This document shows positions 1-14,319 of a stretch of 64,000 nt of DNA, piece after piece. Both the position numbers and the translations under genes were made by a program. Positions within the stretch are counted from its first letter, which is position 1. Each line of letters begins with the position of its first letter. The notes below the pieces were generated by a model, which worked only from the letters and a program-made list of their open reading frames with translations, did no database searches and was not told the DNA's origin. This stretch comes from Negaprion brevirostris. Its lineage: Eukaryota. The DNA is taken from contig JARDVH010000097.1 of assembly GCA_030324005.1 (NCBI GenBank), positions 19,314,694-19,378,693 on the forward strand. The letters are read 5' to 3'.

Positions 1-795
1 ACAGTGCTGTTAGAAGTTCCAGAATTTTGATCCAGCAACAGTGAAGGAGCAGCGATGTAATTCCATGTCAGGATGGTTAGAGGTTAGCCTGCAGGTGGAA
101 TGTTCCTATTCATCTGTTGCCCTGTCCATCTGGGTGATGGAGGTTGTGGATTTGGAAGGTGCTGTGGGTTGAGCTTTGGTTAGTTATGGCAATGTATGTC
201 AAACAATCTGGTTCATTTTCCAATATTCAGTTCTGGGTTTAAATCAAGGACCCAACTTGTCCCTGTGCATTAATGGTGGAGAGAGTGAATGTTTAAGGTG
301 GCGAATGGGGTATAAGACAAGTGGACTACTTTGCCCTGGAATGTGTCAAGGTCCTTGAATATTGTTGGAGTCTTACACATCCAAAAAAAGTGCACGGTAT
401 TCCATTGCACGCCTGACTTATGCCTTAGGAGTTAGGAGGTGAGTTACTCATCACATAATTCAAAATTTCTGATCTCCTCTGATAGCCACAGTATTTATAT
501 GCTGATCCACTTCAATCTCTGGTCAATGGTAACCCACAAGATGTTGATGGTAAGGGATTCAGCGATGATAATGTCACTTAATGTCAAGGGGTTGTGGTTA
601 GCTTCTCTTTTTTTTGAAGCTGATCATTGATTGGCACTTAAACAGCACAAGTGTTATTTGCCACTGACCAGCTCAAGCCCAAATATTGTCCAGGTCTTGC
701 TGTATATGGGCACTGGTCACTTCAGTATCCGAGAAGTCACAAATGGAGCTGAACATTGTGCAATCATTAGCAAATATCCTCGATTCTGACCTTAC
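1..795 (-). mobile_element. Degenerate non-LTR retrotransposon fragment (CR1-group LINE, RT C-terminal/3' part)
   Basis: Colinear with the copy at 50160-51335 (e.g. ttccagaattttgatccagcaacagtgaaggagc vs ttccaggattttgacccagtgactgagaaggaac), whose - strand encodes a LINE ORF2 C-terminal motif. Confidence 0.7.
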
Positions 796-2482
796 TAGGA
801 TTGGCCAGCAACTCTGCGCAAGTGGGATCTCCACCTCCGGAGCCCTGGGGCAGCATGGTCCTGCTGCAGTGAAGTCAGGGGATTTGGCAGCAAGTTAAAT
901 GTCCATTCACTGCAGCGGGATGAGAAAATCCCGACTGCGTGAACAATCAGAAAATTCCAGTCCTCAATCCCGGGACAGGTGTGCCCCTGTTTGGGCTTTC
1001 CTGAGAAAAAATGATGTTGAAATCCTGTTAGCTTTCCAGCTGGCAGGATAGAGTTACCCCTGTCATTAAAACCACCCAAAACGTCTATTTCANNNNNNNN
1101 NNNNNNNNNNNNNNNNNNNNNNNNNNNNNNNNNNNNNNNNNNNNNNNNNNNNNNNNNNNNNNNNNNNNNNNNNNNNNNNNNNNNNNNNNNNNTTGGCCGG
1201 CAGTTTTTCCTGCTTCCAGCTGCTGATAAACATCCAAAACAAGCAGGTATTTTTTTTTCTTTGCAAGCTGCACCAAACTAAACTGTCACCTTTTAAGATT
1301 TTGCTGGAAGAAAACATTGTAGCAGCATCTTCCAGCCTGACAGATTTCACAAAATGAATGTACTCACAATTGGAAAGATTAAGGAGGTACTGTGGTTTCT
1401 ATGGAGTTGATCTTAATCTGTTGCACAGATAGGTTCCAGGGTGTGGATGACTTTTAGCAAGTCGCTGAAAGGGACTAATAATCAGCAGATGCACTAACGT
1501 AAAAAAAAACTGGCAACATTTCGACACAACTGCATATGCCTTACCTTGACAAATGCAAACTAATTGGTTGGCTTCAAACAGATAATTGGTATAGATGATG
1601 GATCCAAGTTTTAATTAAAAAGTTGAAACAGCATTACAGGAGTAGAATGAGGGATCAAATTGTGCGTACCATTCAATGGGGAAGTGAGTATGCCAGATCA
1701 GAAATAGCCAAATTGATTAATTTTCTTCCTGCAATTCATATGCTGATTTTCTTCCTCCGGTACCACGGAAACTACAACCATCAGAAAAATACTGCTTTGT
1801 AAAAACTGAATTGACACTATGGGCCAGATTTTACCAATCGGAGGCTAAGGGCCGGATCCGGGCACGAANNNNNNNNNNNNNNNNNNNNNNNNNNNNNNNN
1901 NNNNNNNNNNNNNNNNNNNNNNNNNNNNNNNNNNNNNNNNNNNNNNNNNNNNNNNNNNNNNNNNNNNNNNNNNNNNNNNNNNNNNNNNNNNNNNNNNNNN
2001 NNNNNNNNNNNNNNNNNNNNNNNNNNNNNNNNNNNNNNNNNNNNNNNNNNNNNNNNNNNNNNNNNNNNNNNNNNNNNNNNNNNNNNNNNNNNNNNNNNNN
2101 NNNNNNNNNNNNNNNNNNNNNNNNNNNNNNNNNNNNNNNNNNNNNNNNNNNNNNNNNNNNNNNNNNNNNNNNNNNNNNNNNNNNNNNNNNNNNNNNNNNN
2201 NNNNNNNNNNNNNNNNNNNNNNNNNNNNNNNNNNNNNNNNNNNNNNNNNNNNNNNNNNNNNNNNNNNNNNNNNNNNNNNNNNNNNNNNNNNNNNNNNNNN
2301 NNNNNNNNNNNNNNNNNNNNNNNNNNNNNNNNNNNNNNNNNNNNNNNNNNNNNNNNNNNNNNNNNNNNNNNNNNNNNNNNNNNNNNNNNNNNNNNNNNNN
2401 NNNNNNNNNNNNNNNNNNNNNNNNNNNNNNNNNNNNNNNNNNNNNNNNNNNNNNNNNNNNNNNNNNNNNNNNNNNNNNNNNN

Positions 2483-2605
2483 CAATTCCCCTCAAGATGC
2501 CCCTCATCCCGGGAACTATTCTCACAAATCTTTTCTGCATGTTCCCCAAAGATTTCAAGTCCTTCCTAATACATGGTCCCACAAATTGGGAGATGTTACT
2601 CCAAT
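2483..2605 (-). mobile_element. CR1 LINE fragment
   Basis: - strand translation GPCIRKDLKSLGNMQKRFVRIVPGMRG resembles the CR1 ORF2 C-terminus and the copies at 34 kb and 39.8 kb. Confidence 0.6.
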
Positions 2606-3449
2606 TGTCAACCCTCCTGATTGTAATGATTTAGAACAGTTATGTGAATATAAATCTCTTTATAGATTCATTGATGTTTACAGCACAGAAGGAGGCCAAC
2701 GTGTCCATGTTGGTCAATTCATTATATGTATGATATAATGCAATATTTGCTCTATATTGTCTTTAAAAATGGTTGTTTGAAGGGCAAATCTATGTTTCAA
2801 CAAAATTTGAATAAGTATTACTATTGTACGTACACAGAGATTTTGCAGTTAATGTTGTGCTAAAAATACCCTTTAAATGCTCAAATTTGCCTTATGCAGT
2901 GCTGAAAGCTATTACCTTAGATATTGCAAACATATCTTGTGTAAATCCCATCCCATCACATAGCACATAAATTTATGTTTGATGTGCTCTGTGTTGCAAA
3001 ACCATCAAAGAAAGAGAATATACTTGGATGGTCCAGTAGCTACACTGTTGGATCATTTGATTATGAACAAAGAACTCAGATTTAAAATTTGATTCATACA
3101 CGGGCTAACTTTTGACAGCCAAGATGCTATCAATCAAGAATGGGGCTATTTATCTCAACCAAAAAACATAAAATGCCCACAACTTCATCTACAAACATGT
3201 ACAGGACAGTGGATGTTGATGAATGAGCCACCGCAGAGCTCATTTCTTGCCGTCAGCGTCTCATCATTTAAATGCTGTGTAGTGGGCTTTGTGCCACATA
3301 AACTGTGCAAGGCTGACTCCACTGAATCTCCAGGGTCAACCAAATTCCATATTCGTCACAAGCACCCGGTTGGTTGGATTCGGCCTCCAGCTTTCTTTTT
3401 CTTTTCTTCTGGTGCTTTTATTCCAACCAAAAAAGACAATGTAAAAAAA

Positions 3450-3912
3450 ATCTAATCATGGTTCCCATGTGAGGGACAAACGAGATCCAGGGTGACAAGA
3501 CGAGACATTGCATTCCATGTTGGGCTTGATCAAATAAGATCCAAGCTGACAGGATGAGGGATAAACACCAGNNNNNNNNNNTAACACTCCATCTTAGCCA
3601 AAAGGCTGAGATGGCTTTGAAAAATTGCATCAGGTTAAACCTAGGGATTAATGTCATTGGCTATCCTGATCCCTTACCCTGGCTTAGGCAAGACATAATT
3701 GCAGGCATCAGCACCTCCCCAGTGCAATGGGCTAGCCCCATCGCCTGCCTAATCATGGTTTCATCCCTCAGTGCTCCAAATGTGTGAGGGTGGTACTTGG
3801 TATGACAGAGGTTTTTCCACTCATTCTCACACAAGCATACATTCAACCAACACACTTTAAAGTTAAGCATATTGCCAGGTAAGCACTGATGTGGATGCCT
3901 TACAAACGACAT
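3450..3912 (-). mobile_element. Highly decayed Harbinger (DDE_Tnp_4-like) transposase remnant
   Basis: ORF 3661-3912 VRHPHQCLPGNMLNFKVCWLNVCLCENEWK loosely matches the IRAP...NRKGFHSLNVQLVCD motif; weak. Confidence 0.35.
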
Positions 3913-4065
3913 TATTTTAATATGTGTTCTGCTCCACTCTCAGTGAATGGACTCTAAGAAGCCTAATTGTGAAATGGAAGTAACTTCTGACTATCTGTGG
4001 CAAGCAACACACTGACACTGTAACTTTAATAGGCTTACACTGTTAGTGTGAATGGTGCACTATGA

Positions 4066-4990
4066 TATGGAGATGCTGGTTTTGGACTGGGGTANNNNNN
4101 NNNNNNNNNNNNNNNNNNNNNNNNNNNNNNNNNNNNNNNNNNNNNNNNNNNNNNNNNNNNNNNNNNNNNNNNNNNNNNNNNNNNNNNNNNNNNNNNNNNN
4201 NNNNNNNNNNNNNNNNNNNNNNNNNNNNNNNNNNNNNNNNNNNNNNNNNNNNNNNNNNNNNNNNNNNNNNNNNNNNNNNNNNNNNNNNNNNNNNNNNNNN
4301 NNNNNNNNNNNNNNNNNNNNNNNNNNNNNNNNNNNNNNNNNNNNNNNNNNNNNNNNNNNNNNNNNNNNNNNNNNNNNNNNNNNNNNNNNNNNNNNNNNNN
4401 NNNNNNNNNNNNNNNNNNNNNNNNNNNNNNNNNNNNNNNNNNNNNNNNNNNNNNNNNNNNNNNNNNNNNNNNNNNNNNNNNNNNNNNNNNNNNNNNNNNN
4501 NNNNNNNNNNNNNNNNNNNNNNNNNNNNNNNNNNNNNNNNNNNNNNNNNNNNNNNNNNNNNNNNNNNNNNNNNNNNNNNNNNNNNNNNNNNNNNNNNNNN
4601 NNNNNNNNNNNNNNNNNNNNNNNNNNNNNNNNNNNNNNNNNNNNNNNNNNNNNNNNNNNNNNNNNNNNNNNNNNNNNNNNNNNNNNNNNNNNNNNNNNNN
4701 NNNNNNNNNNNNNNNNNNNNNNNNNNNNNNNNNNNNNNNNNNNNNNNNNNNNNNNNNNNNNNNNNNNNNNNNNNNNNNNNNNNNNNNNNNNNNNNNNNNN
4801 NNNNNNNNNNNNGTAGACAAAGTGAGAGGTCACATGACATCAGGTTATAGTTCACCAGGTTTATTTGAAACCACAAGCTTTCAGAGCACTGCTCCTTCGT
4901 CAACTTAGGTTGCTTCATCTGATGAAGGAGCAGTGCTCCAAAAGCTTGTTATTTCAGATAAACCTGTTGAACTATAATCTAATGATACAC
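4066..4990. mobile_element. Penelope-like terminal repeats in inverted (foldback) arrangement, partly in gap
   Basis: 4845-4902 is the reverse complement of 4919-4980 (ctgatgaaggagcagtgctcc...ataaacctgttg); the same family occurs at 21.4, 27.2 and 28.6 kb. Confidence 0.65.
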
Positions 4991-7454
4991 TAGGTTTACC
5001 ACAGTGGGTAGGACCATGTGGTGCTAAGGCCATGGTGAGGAGGAATCTATTGTAATTTCTTCTGTAAATTGAGGTTTGAAGCTGTGCTAGCGACTCATTA
5101 CTGAAATTATTTACCCAGTAGGCCCATTCATCTGTTTTGTTTTTCTATTTTTGTGCTTTTAGGATACATAGTGCATAAAGCATCATATGAGAGGCACTAA
5201 GATTTAATGTTTGTGAACCAGATTAGTTCTATGCCTTTTGTAGTAAGACAGGCTCAATATCTAAGAGGATGTTCTTTCAGTACTAATGTCACAAAATTTA
5301 ACAAGCTGTAGAACCCAGAAACGTGGACCATTATAGGGCCTGCACCTAAAGTAATGCATCTATCTCTGTATAATAGCTTCAGTGGAATTGCACTTCACTA
5401 TTGAGTTTATTGAATGTTTTATAGACATCTATGGTTTATTCCCATTGACAAGGTCCTCTGGACAATGAATATGTAGATCATAAAAATGTTGTTTTCTGTT
5501 AGTGTCCCTTTAAGGGTCTGTTCTTTTTAGTTGTTGCACTAATTTGTTCAATTTGGTTTAACTTTTTCTTTCTTATTAATGTGAAAGCTCATACTGCTTG
5601 TATGGAAGCTTTGGGTTCAAATCTCTCATGTGTTCTGAACCCATGATACCCTTTCACTTATGAATCTGATGTGCTGTCCTACCTTGGGGAAGAGGACATC
5701 TATTCCTTGGGTGACACATGATTTACAACCACCTGTGCAAGGCAGCAGAATTTTGAACAACGGGGACATAGTTGTCTGTGACCATCTGCCCAGAGAGTAG
5801 CTGTCTTGGCCAGCAAAGATTGTCAATCATGCCCATTTGCATTGTCTGTATGGCCTGTGCTCAGTACAATGCCTCCCCCGTTTTCCCTTGTCCTTCTCCC
5901 CTGGCCTCCTTCCATTCTCAGTCCTCTACCATTCCAGACCAACTGGCTGCTTCTCATGGCCGATCACCTTGATTTCTGAGGTGCAGACTCATGGGAACTG
6001 CCATGGGATCTTTTATGTTTACCTCAGAAGGCAGGCAGGGCCTTATTTTAATATGTCATCCGAAAGAAAACACATTTAGTGGTGTGACAATGTCTCTGAT
6101 TATGATGCATGATGATTAAATGACAAAAGTGATGATGGTACAAGACAAGAGGAAAAGGCAGAAATCTTGGAAATCTGTGCTGGGGGGGTGGGGTGGGTGG
6201 AGAATGAGTTCTAATGATGTGATCGTACCTGGAACTGCAGAGTTTCTGCCTCTCCTGAACTAGACAGGACATTTCCATCCAAGAGAGGGGAGGTAGATTT
6301 TTCCACTGGTCGCTTCCTTAAATCTCTAATGCAGGTGTGCTTTTGAAACTTTATTGGCTACTGTGGTTGTCCCACGGGATGCACCCTGAAAGCAAGTGGA
6401 CCAAAGCACTATGAAATTGAATGGTCACAGATTATGAGAGAGATCAATTATTGGTTGTTCAGTTTAGCTTTGGAGCCTCCTCAACCTATTAAGCTGTCTC
6501 CAAACTTTGGCCTGATGTACCTTTAGAGCTCATCTTCAGAGTTGCAATATTTCGATAAACCGATGTCCTGACTGAGACTATCCCGTTGTGCCTTACAGGC
6601 ATGGACCCTTGCTGCATGTTAGAAATAACCCTGGGCTTGGAGTGAAGGTCACAACCAGATCGGGATTTGGGCTCTGATTAAAGTTCTAGCACCCAATTAA
6701 ATCGCTGAATGCCCCTCAGAAGTTTTATGTTTTAATCTTGAATTCTAGTGATACAATCATGGCCTGCTAGTTCTGTGTTTTTGCATGAATCTGCAACATC
6801 TTTTCACTTGCATGCATTCTGCTTCCAATTTCACATCACCTTGGAACCTGAGATAGTCCAGTCCAGACACCCTGAGGAATTGGATATTTTGTGGAACTAA
6901 CAAATAGTAATCAATTTTTTTGTATATTAGAGCAAGAATCTTTTACAATTAAATGAATTTTCATGTCTCTCCTGATTTTCCTCATTTTACTTTTGAAAAT
7001 GGTTTTTAAATTCGGATCATCTTCAGTTAACAAAAGAAGTCTTCAGTTTTTTTTATTTTTAGTGCTCCTTATTTGATTTGCCAAGATTATATTGGGACAG
7101 CAAGTTTAAATATAGATTTATAATATGTCTGTTATACGGTTTGAAGGTCTGAACTTGCAGTCTTAATGATCAGTATATTGTATATCGATCTAAAGGAAGA
7201 AGTGTTTTTTTTTTTCTCATTGAATGCCCAGAAAGCTTCAGCTTCAATGTTTTCCTTATGGGTAGAGTTTGCTTAGACCTGACATCACAAAACTCCATCG
7301 GAACCCACAACTTAGTGATTTATTGTCAAATGCTAAGGGACAAGACAATACGGCTTTGTCGGCTGTTCAGTACCTCTCCAATATCTTAACAGATTAGACA
7401 GCAGATAATGGGTTTTGACACTCCTAAGAGGAGCTGTCATTCATTATTTTCTGT

Positions 7455-7875
7455 GCACCTGATGAAGTGTACCTCAGGACATTGTGGGGGGCTAAAGAGG
7501 AAATTGCAGATCCTCTAGCAGAGATATTTGAATAATCAATAGTCACAGGTGAGTGTCTGAAGATTGGAGGGTGGCAAATAAGAGAATAACATAAAAACAT
7601 AAGAACTAGAAGTAGGAGTAGGCTAACTGGTCCCTCGAGCCTGCTCTGCCATTCAATAAGATCATAGTTGATCTTTTTGTGGACTCAACTCCATTTATCT
7701 GCCCGCTCACCATAACCCTTAATTCCTTTGCTGTTCAAAAATGTATCTATCCTTGCGTTAAAAGGGTGAGTGAGTGGAATCGGCTGCCGTCGGTGGCGGT
7801 AGAAGCAAACTCACTGGGGTCTTTTAAAAAAAGGCCTGTTTCCATGCTATAAACTTCTATGACTCTATAACTCTA
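7455..7875. mobile_element. Cluster of CR1 LINE fragments (RT N-terminal piece +, 3' tail -, 3' tail +)
   Basis: + translation PDEVYLRTLWGAKEEIADPLAEIFE...DWRVAN is CR1-type; aacataagaac/ctctatga tail repeats. Confidence 0.7.
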
Positions 7876-8217
7876 TGCTCAGTTTATTCTGTTTTTGCAT
7901 TCAGTACCTGCTCCTACACACAGACAAGCCAATGCATCCTGGTTGTAAGCCTGTCTGGGTGAAATGTGGCAATGACTAAGAAGTTTTGCCATCAGTTTGT
8001 TCTTTGGATATGTTTACGGCAACCTACATCAGAAGTGAATGCACAAACTATACTGTTTCAGCTCCAAGGCTTCGTCATTAATATTAAGCTCTTCTGTTTA
8101 CAACTGTGTTTGAAAAAGTTCCAAAAAAAAATCAATATTCGGCTGCCTGCTTTGTTGGCAAAGAATCTGAGAGGCAGGACCTGAGAGGAGAAATTTGAGC
8201 AAGTAAATTTGAGCTGA

Positions 8218-8455
8218 ATGGTGGTTAGCACTGCTGCCTCACAGCACCAGTGATCCGGGTTCAATTTCAGCCTTGGTGGCTGGCTGTGTGGAGTTTTCAC
8301 ATTCTCCTTGTGTCCAAAGATGTAAAGACTAGGTGAATTGGCCATGGTAAATGTATGAGGTTATGGGAGCAGACCTGGGTAAGATCCTCATCCAGAGAGT
8401 TAGTGCAGTGTCGATGGGATGAATGACCTCCTTTAACATTGTTGAGTTCTGTGAT
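8218..8455 (+). mobile_element. tRNA-derived V-SINE (HE1-like), internally deleted
   Basis: gtggttagcactgctgcctcacagc (A box), gggttcaattt (B box), V-core tgtgtggagtttt..cattctcc. Confidence 0.8.
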
Positions 8456-11400
8456 TGCCATTCTTGTGGGTCTTGGAACGACTTTGTTTCTCCTGGTACC
8501 ACAGTAACAATGGAAAAAATTAATTGGTTCAAGACCTGTTGTGACTAGTTTCAGCAAGGGACTCTTCAATGGTTGTTAGACTCCTACTTTGCATATAAGT
8601 AAGGGGCCTAAATTGTATTTTAGGTGCCCACCCAATTTACCAATGAGTGGAAATAATTCATCTATGTTGATCTTAATTATTTTAAATGATGACAAATTCT
8701 CTACTGAATCTTCCCAGTTGAAGAAGACCTTTGCAAGACCTTCCACTGTCAGTGTAAATTGAAACATTTTGTGATGGGGGTGGACTCTTGAAAATTTACC
8801 CTTGTGGAGCACCTTATCACTTGAGTGTTTTCTCTTTTAATTTGGATTCCATTTGCCCAGATTCGCCCTGGTTGATCACAGTTGCACTTCCCTTAGGTAA
8901 ATGTCCCAACTATATTTGGGAGCTCAGAACAATGTACAGCAGTACAAATCTGACCTAATCATCACTTTACACAGAATCATCTTGGCCTCTCTAATTGTCT
9001 AATCTATTTTGATATAAATCACAAAATTGCAGTGGCTTTTTTAAAGCACTGTTGAGAATTTTCATACACTTTGCTTCCAAGTGACTGTGAGTTGCAATAT
9101 TTAAAGTAGTTGATCTCAGATCTTTCCTCGTAATTTCCCCACGCTGTTTTTTTTTTTATTTTCCATGTCTTCCATCTTGCTTGTGAAGCCCTGTGGTATC
9201 TTCCTGACACTCTACTGCTGTGCATATTACCAATCTTCACCAAGCTTTGATAATCACTTATTTACTTCAAAGTTTTTCAGTTCNNNNNNNNNNNNNNNNN
9301 NNNNNNNNNNNNNNNNNNNNNNNNNNNNNNNNNNNNNNNNNNNNNNNNNNNNNNNNNNNNNNGTTGAGACAATTGCTGCGACTGGACAGGACTGGAAAAC
9401 TTGGTTCATGGCCCATTATTGTGAGGAATTTTAAAGGTGGCCAATTGTGCCTTAAACTAAGGCAATTCAAAACTCACAAGGCAAATATCTCTGTGCAAAG
9501 ACATAACAAAATTTATTAAACATATCAGACATAGAAGAAGACAATACAAACAAACGTACAGCCAAATGGAATCTCACAAAGGGTTAAATAGCTCTAGAAT
9601 AGTGACAGGACCTCTCTGAAAAAAACTGAAGTACATTGACAAACTTAGATTTTCTCTAATCAGTAATTCTACATTTCATTACCTTAAAATCAACCATGGC
9701 TTTCGGTAACTTAGCTTGACCAAAGTGAACAATGCATTTGAAATGTTTAAAATATCAACATATATGTTTTAAAATCATAACTATTTGCTTTGATTCACTT
9801 ACTGTATTCACGTACGTGGCAGTTGTGTCAGTTTGCTCAATAATCATTTAACACTTTAACACTATAATTTGGAGTTTATCATACTTTTTATTCTATCAAT
9901 GTATCTATGTATTTGTTGGTTGTATTTTATGACAAAAGATGACATTTTTCAGTATTGGAGAGAGGGAATGAGTCGTGATCCAACTTTTCAGACTGTACAC
10001 CGCACTGTCGGTCATAATAGGAGCAAGTCCTCAACATTTGGGGTGCTGCAAAATAATTTTGGAAATTTATGAAAACGTGGACTGAACCTAGGAATTGAAT
10101 TGGCAGCATTTGGGAATGAACCTGCATTGTGGAAGCATACTGTGGAGTGATGGACTCCAGAAACATTGGAGGAACATTCTAGAATCTGGAAACATGAGGA
10201 GAAAGATGCTAGACTTTGAAGCATCGGGAATTGACTCTGGGTTACCCAGCTGAAGAGAGAAACAATGAAGGAGGCAAAAGAAACCACCTCAGTTTCACTT
10301 CCCTCATAACAGTCTGAAGACACTCATAGATGAAGATTTGAGTTGGGCAGAAAATAATGTCACCAAATGGTGACCATTTTCTAAAGTGACACTTGTTGAA
10401 AATTTCCTTCAGTAAAACTGAGAAAATCGCTCTGAGACATTACTGTTGATTGCATGGATGAATCATTTCATTTGTTTAGACTTAATTAAGCTTCCTTACT
10501 TAGAAAGATTGATCAGATGATAAGTTGAAATGAAAACATCAAATTACAACAAATAGGTAAATATATCATTTTTTATTCCATGCAGCAGATTTTTTACAGG
10601 GAAGTATTTACTGTGTCCACAAGTTGTACTTAAAGTATAAAAGGCAACGCAAAAAGATGTTTAATTTCCCACTTTGTTGAGTTTGTTTATGGAGAGAGGA
10701 GCTCCTCACAGCATCAAAAATAAAGGGAGGGCAGGCATCATGGAGGAGGAAGAGAACTGGAGGGAACGGAGTTACCTGGGTCACATGAGATTCGCTGCCA
10801 TACAAGTTTCATCCTAAAATGATCGCTCAACATTTTCTCTTGAGTCAGCTGAAGTATTCTGCTCACCTAATTAATCCGCATCATTTATTTTGCTTGTACA
10901 ATGATGCCAAAATGCAGAAGGTTGGCATTATATCTGGTATATAGTAGTTCTTTACTCTCTGCTCATTCCCCTCTATTGCTCTTTGATATTCCTTCTTTTT
11001 CATCTTTTTAAAATTTTCTTTCCCTTCTCCTCATCTCCACTTTTATAATTTCTCAATCCTGCTCTCGTTTATCTATTTATTATTTTAATCCCATCTGCTT
11101 AATCACCAGTCAATTCTCCAGTTTAAGGATTCACCATGCCCCTTTCTCCGCAAAATCATGAGAGCACAGATTGGGTCAGTAACATCACTGACCATCACTA
11201 ATCATGGCACTACATAGACCAACTACTGAAGGGTATTGCTGCCAAACTGGGCTGCGAGCAGATGGTGAGGAAATCCTCCCCAATCTGTCTCAGGTCCATC
11301 AGCCCATTAGAGTGACTACCACAGAATGCTTCTGAATAAAAACTTTCACTGTCTTGTGTGGCACTATCACAAGCTAAACAGTAAAGTCCAACAAACACAT

Positions 11401-11751
11401 TCAGTTATTTGACAGTTTAAAATTGGGTATCCCTGAGTTGTGGAAGCCATCATCAGCAGTAACAGCTGAATTATAATCCATCACACTCTATAATCTGATA
11501 TCCTAAATTGCCCCTCACTCTCCTATCACCAAAGCAGACAATGATTGTTCAAATTGGAATGTGGATAAACAGTACCTTAACATGGGCTGCCGGACTGTAA
11601 GGCCACAACAGAGGGCAGAAGCCCCGCACAATGTTGGGGTTCTCGCAGCCTCCAGAGGAGTGTGGATGGATGCCCAGGCCATCCAGGTCAAGGAGGCATC
11701 AATCAACAGCCTGCTACCAGCTCAGATGGCAGTGATGAGTGAGAGGTGGTT

Positions 11752-12018
11752 AGAACAAAGAGCAAAGAACAAAAACAGCCCGGGAAACAGGCCCTTCGGC
11801 CCAACAAGCCTGCGCCGCCATCTCAACACCACCAGTCCCCCTCTCNNNNNNNNNNNNNNNNNNNNNNNNNNNNNNNNNNNNNNNNNNNNNNNNNNNNNNN
11901 NNNNNNNNNNNNNNNNNNNNNNNNNNNNNNNNNNNNNNNNNNNNNTGTGGGAGGAAACCGGAGCACCCGGAGAAAACCCACGCAAGCACGGGGAGAATGC
12001 GCAAACTCCCACAGACAC
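11752..12018 (-). mobile_element. V-SINE (HE1-like) with CR1-type tail, inserted in the array
   Basis: tgtgggaggaaaccggagcacccggagaaaacccacgca is the reverse complement of the V-core; the tail matches the CR1 3' end at 34730-34775. Confidence 0.8.
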
Positions 12019-12999
12019 CGTCGGTTTTCAATGCATGTATAAGTCAAAGTGTTAATTTGCACTTTATTATATTTGTCAATTATACTAAAAGTGTTTGATT
12101 GTTTACTGTAATGTGTGGGCACCACATACCCACAATGCCAACCAAACTGTTGCTGTCCTCACTGTTGGGGATTGTGGCCTAATCATTGGGGCAGTGACCA
12201 ACCAGGTAGCCAGTACTCTGATATGAATTGCAGAAGGACAAGACATAACAGTGACCCGCCAGCATGGGAGATCCAGAGAAATGTGTGATTCATTGATCAA
12301 ATATCTTAGTTACAGAGAAACAGGGCCCACAATGCTTGCAATGAAGACCAGTGATTTATCAATGGCCATCCACAGAACAAGATCCCCTCACAATGTCAGG
12401 CCCGCACAAGCTCAGGACACCAGGAGATGACCGCCCACTTCCCGTAACTGTGTGACGAAGCCACTCTAGACATAGAAGGGGCATCACTGGTGTTTGGTGA
12501 GTGTGTAAGGCAGAGTGTGGTGTTGTTCTTTTGCACTTTATTAAAATCATCAGTTATGATATGTGTTTGACTGTTAGTACTTGGACTGGGAACTAATTTC
12601 CAAATGACAGGATGCATGAAAAATGAAGCATTAGATCCAGCAGTCTGTCTCTGACTCAGATGCCAGAGATTGGGAGCAATGCAGCGCCTGTGACTGAGTG
12701 AAGAAATCGCTGTAAACATAGTGACCATCACCAGTTTTCAATGCATGTAAGGTACAGTGTTGTATTGTTCATTTGTACTTTATTAAATTTGTCAGTTATG
12801 ATGTTGTGTGACTATTAATGCATGGACTGAGGACTAATTTCCAAATGATAGGAGCTCATTCCTTGAAATCTATGGATAAAGAACATGTGTTCTTCTAGCA
12901 CATGTAGCCAGAGTTGAGTTACAGGGATATATTCAGTGTTCAGAGCATATTCGACCACAGATGATGGTTATTATAACTTCCATGCAGCAATTTAGCAGA

Positions 13000-13720
13000 A
13001 TCACAGCCTTCACTCTGAATAGAGGCATCTCTCATTTCTCTGGTGCCCATCCCTTGATGCCCACCATGTGAGTACCAGGGTCATGTTCTGCCCTCTTTGT
13101 GTATCCATTGAGTCATTGCATAACTCATTACTTGAGGAAGCATTGGTTGCTTGTTCACAAGGTCTTCCTTCATCTCTTTGCACAACACACAATGCCAATG
13201 AGGGATACATTTTCCAGTATGTACTGTAAGAGTGATTGTGGCATCGCATTTGTGCCGTCAGCAGATCAATGGTTCTTTTAATTGTCAATATGGTGGTGGC
13301 ATTATTGACATTAAACTTTTCTTTCACTGGATTTCTGTTCCATGTCATGAGCCCTCTCTCCAATGGGTATTCCTTGTAAACTATCATCCAGATGTTGTGC
13401 AGAGGTTACAAAGAGCCATGTGGGACCACCTGGGAGCCCCAGACAAATATGGGAATCATGAATACTCCCAGTATGCCTCATGCAGTATGTGCTGATGATG
13501 ATGACAGACAGTCAGAAGATTCAGAGAGTGAGAGCCTTTCCAATCCCATCTTGTCTGTGGGTGACCATGTCTTAGGGAAGCCCACATCTCCCCAAAACCT
13601 TGCACTCTGTTTTACCTGGTTCTTGTCACCTGTGATGAAACAAATGAATGTTTCCACTTTGTTGAACAATACCTCCATTGACTGAAAAACCTACAGCTAC
13701 CTGAAAGGGTCAAGCCATTT
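13000..13720 (-). pseudogene. Harbinger DDE transposase remnant
   Basis: Translations QSARFWGDVGFPKT and EYPLERGLMTWNRNPVKEKFNVNNATTILTIKRTIDLL match HARBI1/DDE_Tnp_4 motifs GFP and GYPL..LMT..RNP...E..FN...R..IERTIGLLK; frameshifted. Confidence 0.75.
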
Positions 13721-14319
13721 TTGTGAGAGGGTATGCATGTGATGAATATGGGTGGTGTTAACCAGGTTTTTGGATGCATGGGTACTGCACTCCAACAATG
13801 CCAACTGAACTGAGCTATCCACTCCCTGAAAGCTGTTGGGGACAGGGCCCTAATCACTGTGAGGGCGACCAACTTGGACATACTGTGAGAGGCTGAGTGT
13901 TGTGTTGTTCATCTGCACTTTGTTAAATCCACCAGTCATGATTTGTGCTTGAATGTTATTGCATGGAATGGGGGATTAAATTACATTGAAAGTGAAAAGA
14001 TTTCTGATTGACAAAGTCCTCTAATGGGTGATCTAATAATGACCATATAGGTACAGTCCATGGCCTCTTGCTTCCTGGAAAAGGTTGTTAGTTTGCTCGT
14101 CATTAAACTTATCAGTTATAATATGCATTTGAATGTGTGGACTAGTGGTTAACAATAGGGATGTAGATCCTTNNNNNNNNNNNNNNNNNNNNNNNNNNNN
14201 NNNNNNNNNNNNNNNNNNNNNNNNNNNNNNNNNNNNNNNNNAGTGTTTGGAACATTTGCCAATACAGGTGATGGCTGTAGCTTCCATGTTGCCTTGGAGC
14301 TCAGCCAGGCCGCAGTTCT

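Noticed and set aside
1811-4918. Long ORFs of 220-290 aa (and similar ones at 49.2, 54.7 and 60.0 kb)
   Set aside because: They consist almost entirely of N-gap codons.
9990-11400. Exon-like segments near 10.0-10.4 kb (+) and 11.2-11.4 kb (-)
   Set aside because: Stops in all frames or no recognisable product; insufficient support.
12531-12546. miR-430/miR-17-type cluster on the - strand (TAAAGTGC seed-like word in each unit)
   Set aside because: On - the stem's G-U pairs become A-C mismatches and the sequence after the seed does not resemble these families; the + strand folds better by eye.
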